Below are positions 25,091 to 32,000 of a DNA stretch of 32,000 nucleotides, in pieces. The translations under genes and the position numbers were made by a program. The stretch is from Formosa sp. Hel1_33_131 (lineage in GTDB: Bacteria; Bacteroidota; Bacteroidia; Flavobacteriales; Flavobacteriaceae). Below the pieces are notes generated by a model. It saw only the letters and a list, made by a program, of their open reading frames with translations, was not told the origin of the DNA and ran no database searches. Where the stretch lies: NCBI RefSeq assembly GCF_001735745.1, contig NZ_CP017260.1, positions 720,001 to 752,000 of the forward strand. Direction: 5' to 3'. Numbering within the stretch: the first letter of the stretch is position 1; every line of letters begins with the position of its first letter.

Positions 25091-27016
25091 TTAATCGACG
25101 TTATCGTGTAAATACGAATTATTAGATCGCAACTGTACCTCATCATTGTCATCAAGACCTATGGTGGTTCTGGAAGACTGTTCATCTGATGAATGTTCCA
25201 CATCTTTCAAATTGACGCCCTGACGTTTATAAGCAGGCTCTTTTTCAATTTCCTCAATTTTAGAGGTGTTAAATTTATAATTAAAAGCCTTCATTTTTTG
25301 ACGCCTTTCATCCGCTCTCTCTCTGAGTGTGATTGAAATAGGACTGTCATAAGGATCTGAGGTTTCTTCTGTTTCCGATGTGACCGAGCGTTCTTTGACC
25401 GTCACTTTAGTAAAAGTCATTTCTTCATCAACTTCCACTTCTACCGTTGGTTTTGCACCTTCATATTTTTGATCGGTTTGTTCTAAAACAATATGATCGT
25501 CCAATACATAACGCGTCTCCCCTTCTTCATTCGCCTCCGTTACAGGAATTAATTCTATATAGTCATTGACTTCAATATTATTTACAGCCGTATCTTCTAA
25601 AGTAAATACTTCCACTTCTTCAGATTCTGACAGGGATTGTTTATTCGAAATTGGAAGATCGAAAGTGAGCATCGTTTGATCTTCTTCTTGAATGGCTTCA
25701 AAGCTATCTTCGGATGGCATGCTGGTGACTTCATTGATAATAAAGTCCTCCTCTTCAATCTCACCGGTCTCTACATTCACTTCTTCAAAAACAACTTCAA
25801 TATTTTTAATCGATTCTGAAGTTGGAATTAAATCAGATTCACTAGAAATGTCCGCAAGCTCGTCTGTATCCACTTCTTCCAAATTATAAACCACAGCCTC
25901 TTCACTAACAACCTCAACGGATGCTGATGGCGTATTTAAAGGATCTAAGGGCATTAAATCATGCTGCATAGTTTGTTCGTCTTCCAACGCATGAACTACC
26001 TTTTTAACCTCTGTATTGGTGATGTCATTTTGTTGATCGACATCAAATCCTGTGGCAATAATGGTGACAGAAATAGATTCTCCTAACCCTTCATCTTCCC
26101 CCACTCCCATGATGATATTGGCACCGTAACCAGCCTCGGCTTGAATATGATCATTTATTTCTCCTATTTCATCAATGGTAATTTCTTGTGTTCCAGAAAC
26201 GATGAGCAACAATACGTTTTTAGCACCTGTAATTTTATTATCATTAAGCAGTGGAGAGTCCAAAGCAGATGTAATTGCTTCTTGGGCTCTGTTTTGACCA
26301 GAAGAAGTCGAAGACCCCATAATGGCAGTTCCGCTATTACTCAACACTGTTTTAGCATCTCGTAAATCAATATTTTGTAAGTAGTGGTGTGTGATGACTT
26401 CAGCAATGCCACGAGCAGCCGTGGAAAGTACTTCGTCGGCTTTAGAGAAACCAGCTTTAAACCCTAAATTACCATATACATCTCTTAACTTGTTGTTGTT
26501 TATAATCACTAAAGAGTCCACGGTTTTTCGAAATTTCTCAATCCCTTGGTGGGCTTGCGCATTTCTTATTTTACCTTCAAACTCAAAGGGCATGGTGACA
26601 ATTCCCACAGTAAGGATGTCCATCTCTTTAGCCATCTTAGCAATGATGGGCGCAGCACCTGTTCCAGTTCCACCACCCATACCAGCCGTGATAAATACCA
26701 TCTTGGTATTTGACGATAACATGGTACGAATATCATCCAGACTTTCAACTGCAGATTGCTCCCCAATTTCTGGGTTGGCACCTGCACCTAAACCTTCGGT
26801 TAAATGCACTCCGAGTTGAATTTTGTTGGGAACACCACTGTTGTTCAATGCTTGTGAATCGGTATTACAGATCACAAAATCGACCCCTTTAATTCCTTGT
26901 TTAAACATGTGGTTAATCGCATTGCTTCCGCCCCCTCCAACGCCTATCACCTTGATGATGTTCGATTGGTTTTTTGGGAGATCGAATGTGATTCCAAAAT
27001 TATTATTGCTGCTCAT
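25091..27016 (-). CDS. ftsZ: Cell division GTPase FtsZ (long Bacteroidota form, 641 aa)
   Basis: Tubulin signature GGGTGTGAAP with N-terminal IKVIGVGGGGSNA. A long acidic linker is followed by the conserved tail EKEPAYKRQG...QLRSNNSYLHDNVD. Confidence 0.95.
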   Translation of the reverse strand: MSSNNNFGITFDLPKNQSNIIKVIGVGGGGSNAINHMFKQGIKGVDFVICNTDSQALNNSGVPNKIQLGVHLTEGLGAGANPEIGEQSAVESLDDIRTMLSSNTKMVFITAGMGGGTGTGAAPIIAKMAKEMDILTVGIVTMPFEFEGKIRNAQAHQGIEKFRKTVDSLVIINNNKLRDVYGNLGFKAGFSKADEVLSTAARGIAEVITHHYLQNIDLRDAKTVLSNSGTAIMGSSTSSGQNRAQEAITSALDSPLLNDNKITGAKNVLLLIVSGTQEITIDEIGEINDHIQAEAGYGANIIMGVGEDEGLGESISVTIIATGFDVDQQNDITNTEVKKVVHALEDEQTMQHDLMPLDPLNTPSASVEVVSEEAVVYNLEEVDTDELADISSESDLIPTSESIKNIEVVFEEVNVETGEIEEEDFIINEVTSMPSEDSFEAIQEEDQTMLTFDLPISNKQSLSESEEVEVFTLEDTAVNNIEVNDYIELIPVTEANEEGETRYVLDDHIVLEQTDQKYEGAKPTVEVEVDEEMTFTKVTVKERSVTSETEETSDPYDSPISITLRERADERRQKMKAFNYKFNTSKIEEIEKEPAYKRQGVNLKDVEHSSDEQSSRTTIGLDDNDEVQLRSNNSYLHDNVD

Positions 27017-27042
27017 ATACTTAATTTTACTGGTTATAATTT

Positions 27043-28353
27043 TTATTCTGCGTTGTCCAAAAAGTCCTTTACTCTTTCGGTTAATTTATCCAAAAAGCTG
27101 CGGTTGTCGCGAGGCGATTCAATGGGCGTCGGAACTATTGGCGCATCTTCGTCCTCAACTTCTACTTCTGGAGTTTCAATAATTCGTTTTTCTTGTCGCA
27201 TCAAACTGTCCATCACGAGTCCGACCGCCGTGGCATACATTGGACTTGTAATATCGCTATCGCTGTCCCCTGCCAAATGCTCGTTTGGATAGCCAACTCT
27301 GGTATCCATTCCTGTGATGTATTCTACCAATTGTTTCAAGTGCTTCAGTTGGCTTCCACCACCTGTTAACACAATACCCGCGATGAGTTTTTTCTTTTGC
27401 TCTTCGTGTCCGTAATTTTTAATTTCTACATAGACTTGTTCGATAATTTCCACCACTCTGGCATGAATTATTTTAGACAAGTTTTTAAGCGTAATTTCTT
27501 TTGGATCGCGTCCTCTCAAACCGGGAATCGATACGATTTCATTTTCCTTGTTTTCGCCTGGCCAGGCAGATCCAAATTTTATTTTTAATAATTCGGCTTG
27601 CTTTTCTATAATCGAGCAGCCCTCTTTAATGTCTTCAGTAATCACATTTCCTCCAAAGGGAATCACCGCTGTATGTCTGATAATACCATCTTTAAAAACG
27701 GCTAAATCGGTCGTTCCACCTCCTATATCAATCAGGGCAACGCCCGCTTCTTTTTCTTCTTGACTGAGCACTGCATTGGCGGATGCTAAAGGCTCTAAAG
27801 TGATCCCGTCTAAATTCAAACCTGCCGTTTGAACACAACGTCCAATGTTTCGAATGGAAGATACCTGCCCTACTACGACGTGGAAATTCGCTTCAAGACG
27901 TTCGCCATACATCCCGATGGGTTCTTTAACTTCTGCCTGACCATCCACTTTATAATCTTGTGGTAACACGTGAATAATTTCTTCACCCGGAAGCATGACC
28001 AACTTGTGAACTTGATTGATAAGACGGTCAATATCTTCTTCATTGATGACCAATTCAGAATTCTCACGAGTAATATAATCACTGTGCTGAAGACTGCGAA
28101 TGTGCTGTCCAGCAATCCCTACAGTGACCTCTCCAATCTTAAGACCAGAATTGGTTTCTGATTCCAAGACAGCTTGTTGGATGGACTGAATCGTTTGCGT
28201 AATATTATTCACAACGCCTCTATGCACACCCAGACTTTTGGACTTTCCAATGCCGAGTATCTCTAATTTGTCATACTCATTTTTACGACCAATCATCGCC
28301 ACAATTTTTGTGGTACCAATATCTAATCCTACTGAAATGTTTTGAGCTTCCAT
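27043..28353 (-). CDS. ftsA: Cell division protein FtsA
   Basis: Actin-fold motifs VGLDIGTTKIVAMIG, ALIDIGGGTTDLAVF and GIVLTGGGSQL. I trimmed the start to ATG 28353 (MEAQNISVGLD...); the track start at 28389 is TTG and overlaps ftsQ. Confidence 0.9.
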   Translation of the reverse strand: MEAQNISVGLDIGTTKIVAMIGRKNEYDKLEILGIGKSKSLGVHRGVVNNITQTIQSIQQAVLESETNSGLKIGEVTVGIAGQHIRSLQHSDYITRENSELVINEEDIDRLINQVHKLVMLPGEEIIHVLPQDYKVDGQAEVKEPIGMYGERLEANFHVVVGQVSSIRNIGRCVQTAGLNLDGITLEPLASANAVLSQEEKEAGVALIDIGGGTTDLAVFKDGIIRHTAVIPFGGNVITEDIKEGCSIIEKQAELLKIKFGSAWPGENKENEIVSIPGLRGRDPKEITLKNLSKIIHARVVEIIEQVYVEIKNYGHEEQKKKLIAGIVLTGGGSQLKHLKQLVEYITGMDTRVGYPNEHLAGDSDSDITSPMYATAVGLVMDSLMRQEKRIIETPEVEVEDEDAPIVPTPIESPRDNRSFLDKLTERVKDFLDNAE

Positions 28354-28357
28354 ACAC

Positions 28358-29077
28358 TTATTTTTTTGTGCAAACAACTTGATTATCAAATTGCAAATTC
28401 ACGCTTTTATATAAATCTAACACCTTATCTTTTTTTGCTTTTTGATAAAATGCTTTTAAATTCTTCATTTTTTCATCTAAATTCTCAAGGCTTCCTACTA
28501 AAACCTCAAAATTTAAGAGTCTCATTTTTAAACTTATTTCTTTATTTTCTCCTTGATGAATCTCGGTCACGTAGGTTTTTAAAAACGAATCCGAATAGAC
28601 TTTTAACGCCATCGTGTAAACGACTTCTAAATCTTCTTTTTCCACATCGCCCGTTACCAAAGGCACACGCGCACTGTGTTGCGGGGACAACGGCATCCAC
28701 AAACCATCTTCATCAATGTAAAATGTTGCTTTAGAATACACTCTTGCAATCGGTCGTTTTTGTTCGATTTTTGTTCTAACTTCTCCGTTTACAGTAAGAT
28801 ACACTTGAGCCGATTTTATCATATCATCAGACTCGAGTAAAAACTCCATTTCCTTCAAATCTAAATTATCTTTCGGTAAAATATACAGTTGTTCTTGATT
28901 TTGTATTAACAATTTATTAACCATCTCTGTGGTAATATAAACGTTCTCTTTTCCGGTAAATTGGACGTCCACTTTCGTCACCGGACGGTTGTTGTTTGTG
29001 AAGGAAGAAAAGGCATACAGGAACACCACTAATCCTAGCAACAACACGCCTTTGATGAGATTCCAGTTAATACGCAT
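28358..29077 (-). CDS. ftsQ: Cell division protein FtsQ
   Basis: 239 aa with an N-terminal TM helix (GVLLLGLVVFLYAF) and a POTRA-like region. It sits between murC and ftsA in the dcw order. Confidence 0.75.
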   Translation of the reverse strand: MRINWNLIKGVLLLGLVVFLYAFSSFTNNNRPVTKVDVQFTGKENVYITTEMVNKLLIQNQEQLYILPKDNLDLKEMEFLLESDDMIKSAQVYLTVNGEVRTKIEQKRPIARVYSKATFYIDEDGLWMPLSPQHSARVPLVTGDVEKEDLEVVYTMALKVYSDSFLKTYVTEIHQGENKEISLKMRLLNFEVLVGSLENLDEKMKNLKAFYQKAKKDKVLDLYKSVNLQFDNQVVCTKK

Positions 29078-30419
29078 AGCTTAATTTTTCTTTTAATTCT
29101 GACACTTCAACACCTATATCGCCTGCCCCAAGGGTGATAAATACAGGGTAACCTAAATTTTTAATTTCACTTTCGATGTCTGATTTCGATATTAATTTTT
29201 TAATCGGACTCGTAATTTTCTCTAACAACCAGCTTGAAGTAACTCCCGATATAGGAAGCTCTCTTGCGGGATAAATCTCTAATAAAAAAGCGGCATCAAA
29301 CTGAGACAAGCTCGCGGCAAATTCATCTACAAAATCTTTGGTTCTGCTAAACAGATGCGGTTGAAAGACTACGGCTAGTTTTTTGTTTGGATACATTTCA
29401 CGAACAGCTTGATGCACGGCATTTATTTCGACTGGATGGTGTGCATAGTCATCTATAAACACAAAATCATCTGTTTTTATTTGATACGTAAAACGTCTTT
29501 TGACGCCCTTATATAAATTTAAAGCGGTTTTCAAAGCTTCCGCATCACAACCAAATTCAAGTGCCATCGCTAGTGCTGCAACGGCATTGGACAGGTTGTG
29601 CGTTCCCGGTAAATGATAGGTTATATTTTGAATCAATCCATTCAACGTTTGAAGATCAAACCGATACGATCCATTTTCAATTCGGACGTTGATCGCACTG
29701 TAATCCGCATCCTCATTCACACCATAAGTAATTCCCTCTAAAGGCAATCCTTTTCGAATAAATAATTTTCCTGAAGGTTTAATTTTTTGTGCAAACTGCT
29801 TGAATGTCTCCACCAAATCGGCTTCAGAATTATAAATATCTAAATGATCTGCATCCATGGAAGTAATGCAAGCAAAGTCTGGACTGAGCGTTAAAAACGA
29901 GCGGTCAAATTCATCGGCTTCAACGACCGATATATCAGTCCCGTTTTGAATTAAATTGGATTGGTAATTTTCTGAAATCCCCCCAATAAATGCGGTGATT
30001 TTTTCATCACAAGCATACATCAAATGCCCTAAAATACTGCTGGTGGTTGTTTTGCCGTGCGTTCCTGCGACTGCCAAACATTGAGTATGCTCTGTCACAA
30101 GTCCTAAAACTTCGGAACGTTTTAAAACCTGAAAATCGTTTGTTTTAAAATACTGTAAAATCGCATTTGATTCAGAAACTGCCGGTGTAAACACAATAAG
30201 TGTATCTTTTGGATTTAAAAACCGTTCATCAATCTGATTCGTATGCGTTTCAAATTGAACACCAACCCCTAAATCTACAAGAGACTGCGTGATCAAAGTG
30301 GGTGTTTTATCATAACCCCCAACCACTTTACCATCCGCCACAAAGTATTTAGCAAGTGCACTCATACCAACACCACCGATGCCAATAAAATATATGTTAT
30401 GGATGGTTTTTAAATTCAT
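29067..30419 (-). CDS. murC: UDP-N-acetylmuramate--L-alanine ligase
   Basis: 450 aa with [15 protein letters not shown] and the Mur ligase P-loop [13 protein letters not shown]. Confidence 0.95.
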   Translation of the reverse strand: MNLKTIHNIYFIGIGGVGMSALAKYFVADGKVVGGYDKTPTLITQSLVDLGVGVQFETHTNQIDERFLNPKDTLIVFTPAVSESNAILQYFKTNDFQVLKRSEVLGLVTEHTQCLAVAGTHGKTTTSSILGHLMYACDEKITAFIGGISENYQSNLIQNGTDISVVEADEFDRSFLTLSPDFACITSMDADHLDIYNSEADLVETFKQFAQKIKPSGKLFIRKGLPLEGITYGVNEDADYSAINVRIENGSYRFDLQTLNGLIQNITYHLPGTHNLSNAVAALAMALEFGCDAEALKTALNLYKGVKRRFTYQIKTDDFVFIDDYAHHPVEINAVHQAVREMYPNKKLAVVFQPHLFSRTKDFVDEFAASLSQFDAAFLLEIYPARELPISGVTSSWLLEKITSPIKKLISKSDIESEIKNLGYPVFITLGAGDIGVEVSELKEKLSYAY

Positions 30420-31510
30420 TTGTTTAATAGCTTTTCAATTTCATCAGCGATGGTTTGGGTCGCTTGTTTTAAGGCTAATTTTTTAATGTTTGTTGACAAT
30501 TCTATTTGTTGTGAGTCAGACGCCATGAGGTCCGAAAACTGTATTTCAAAATTTGATTCTAAATCTTTTTCACTTATGAGTATTGCTGCCTTTTTTTCTG
30601 AAACTGCCAAGGCATTTTTGGTTTGGTGGTCATCTGATACATTCGGCGACGGAATGAAAATTACGGGTTTTCCAACCAAACAAAGTTCCGATACAGAACT
30701 GGCACCCGCTCTAGATATTACAATATCCGCTGCGGCATAGGCCAAATCCATTCGATTCAAGAACGTATGTACTTGCACTCCCTCAAAGATGCTAAAATGT
30801 TGGTAATCCTTGGAGTATAAATCCCCACATTGCCATATCGTCTGAACCTCTAAACCATCTAAAAAATCCAATTTGGATTCTATAAGTTCATTCATGCGTC
30901 GCGATCCCAAACTCCCCCCTAACACCAACAGTGTTTTTTTGTTGGGATCTAAATTGAAATACGCTTGCGCTTCCGCTGATTTCTGATCTAAATCCAGTAA
31001 GTCTTGACGTACAGGGTTGCCTGTTAAAATCAATTTATCTTTTGGAAAAAAGCGTTCTAAACCTTCATAGGCCACACAAACTTTATTTACTTTTTTGGAT
31101 AATAATTTATTGGTAATTCCTGGGAACGAATTTTGTTCTTGTATCAATGTAGGCACGCCTTTCATTGCAGCGACCAGCAATAAAGGACCACTGGCAAAAC
31201 CACCGGTTCCAATCACAACATCGGGTTTAAAGGCATTGACAATGTCCATCGACTTCAATAAACTCACTACTAATTTCAGGGGGAATAATAGATTTTTTAA
31301 GGTCAATCGTCTTTGAATTCCCGAAATCCACAACCCTTTAATCGCATATCCGGCTTGCGGCACTTTTTGCATTTCCATTTTATCCTTTGCACCCACAAAT
31401 AAAAACTCCGATTTTGGAAACCGTGCTTTTAATTCGTTGGCAACGGCAATCGCAGGGTAGATATGACCTCCTGTTCCTCCACCTGATAATATGATTTTAT
31501 ATGCTTTCAT
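30416..31510 (-). CDS. murG: UDP-N-acetylglucosamine--N-acetylmuramyl-(pentapeptide) pyrophosphoryl-undecaprenol GlcNAc transferase
   Basis: 364 aa with [21 protein letters not shown] and C-terminal [12 protein letters not shown] motifs. Confidence 0.95.
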   Translation of the reverse strand: MKAYKIILSGGGTGGHIYPAIAVANELKARFPKSEFLFVGAKDKMEMQKVPQAGYAIKGLWISGIQRRLTLKNLLFPLKLVVSLLKSMDIVNAFKPDVVIGTGGFASGPLLLVAAMKGVPTLIQEQNSFPGITNKLLSKKVNKVCVAYEGLERFFPKDKLILTGNPVRQDLLDLDQKSAEAQAYFNLDPNKKTLLVLGGSLGSRRMNELIESKLDFLDGLEVQTIWQCGDLYSKDYQHFSIFEGVQVHTFLNRMDLAYAAADIVISRAGASSVSELCLVGKPVIFIPSPNVSDDHQTKNALAVSEKKAAILISEKDLESNFEIQFSDLMASDSQQIELSTNIKKLALKQATQTIADEIEKLLNK

Positions 31511-32000
31511 TATAGTGCTTCGCTTAATATTTCTAAAGGGTGTTGTTCTTCGTTTTCTTGTGCTTTTTCAGCATCTCGTTTGGCGCTTACACTCAACACA
31601 ATTCCCAGTGCCAAGCAAGTCACCCAAATAGAGGTTCCTCCGCTACTTATGAGCGGTAATGTTTGTCCCGTTACTGGAAATAATTCTACAGCAACGCCCA
31701 TATTCACTAAGGCTTGAAATATGATTGGAATTCCAACGCCTATACTTAATAATTTTCCGAAAATGGTTTCTGATTTTTGGGCGACAATCACAATCCTAAA
31801 TAATAACCACAGATACAGAAACAGTAAACACATGCCGCCTATGAGTCCGTATTCTTCAATAATAATGGCAAAAATAAAATCAGAAGAGGACTGTGGCAAA
31901 AAGTTTTTTTGAATACTTTTCCCTGGTCCTAGCCCTTGAATACCTCCAGTTGCAATGGCTATTTTGGCTTTCTCAATTTGATAATCTTCGACAGTGACAT
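31510..32000 (-). CDS. ftsW: FtsW/RodA/SpoVE-family lipid II flippase/polymerase, C-terminal part (5' end outside window)
   Basis: [21 protein letters not shown]...[14 protein letters not shown] motifs. The track start at 31899 is an internal TTG and the frame stays open to the window edge. The stop overlaps the murG ATG by 1 nt. Confidence 0.85.
   Translation of the reverse strand, partial: VTVEDYQIEKAKIAIATGGIQGLGPGKSIQKNFLPQSSSDFIFAIIIEEYGLIGGMCLLFLYLWLLFRIVIVAQKSETIFGKLLSIGVGIPIIFQALVNMGVAVELFPVTGQTLPLISSGGTSIWVTCLALGIVLSVSAKRDAEKAQENEEQHPLEILSEAL

Noticed and set aside
25091-25990. The ~300-aa acidic, repeat-like C-terminal half of FtsZ as a possible fusion or novel domain.
   Set aside because: Long disordered acidic linkers, followed by the conserved ...PAYKRQG... 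peptide and the ...SNNSYLHDNVD tail, are the normal Bacteroidota FtsZ architecture as far as I recall.
26391-27292. Plus-strand ORFs of 119-142 aa overlapping ftsZ and ftsA.
   Set aside because: They are antisense to highly conserved, motif-verified genes and have no recognisable motifs. They are typical shadow ORFs.

Overview
AT-rich chromosome segment with clear Flavobacteriia (Bacteroidota) hallmarks: T9SS C-terminal sorting domains, TAnnTTTG -7 promoter boxes, a UpxY antiterminator, and an FtsZ ending in ...SYLHDNVD. There are four blocks. (1) 1-6898, minus strand: a UpxY-led polysaccharide / nucleotide-sugar operon containing upxY, a frameshifted wHTH regulator, a TviB-like dehydrogenase, a TviC-like epimerase, ugd, a UDP-GlcA 4-epimerase-like SDR and rfbB. 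The rfbB gene is partial and absent from the ORF track. (2) 7159-9347, plus strand, divergent from upxY: a translationally coupled pair of an HprK-like P-loop kinase (possible PqqD/RRE-like N-terminus) and a PF14907-like nucleotidyltransferase. These resemble RiPP (lasso) tailoring enzymes, but no cyclase, protease or precursor is nearby. This is my best candidate for an uncharacterised system. (3) 9443-24516: an accessory block of T9SS cargo. It holds a 1538-aa DUF285/Ig-repeat adhesin (type A CTD), a lipoprotein, an M12B-like metalloprotease with P-domain (type A CTD), and a 1883-aa adhesin with 18 copies of a 66-aa Cys-pair repeat (type B CTD). A degraded PorP/SprF-like gene follows the second adhesin. 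The block is bounded by tRNA-Arg(UCG) on the right and a 15/17 direct repeat of the tRNA 3' end on the left. It is punctuated by a dispersed ~50-bp hairpin element, which forms a perfect 113-bp x2.6 tandem array next to the tRNA terminator. (4) 24524-32000, minus strand: yqeY and the conserved dcw end ftsW-murG-murC-ftsQ-ftsA-ftsZ. I saw no CRISPR array, rRNA, integrase or transposase. All protein family calls come from motif recognition by eye; no searches were run.
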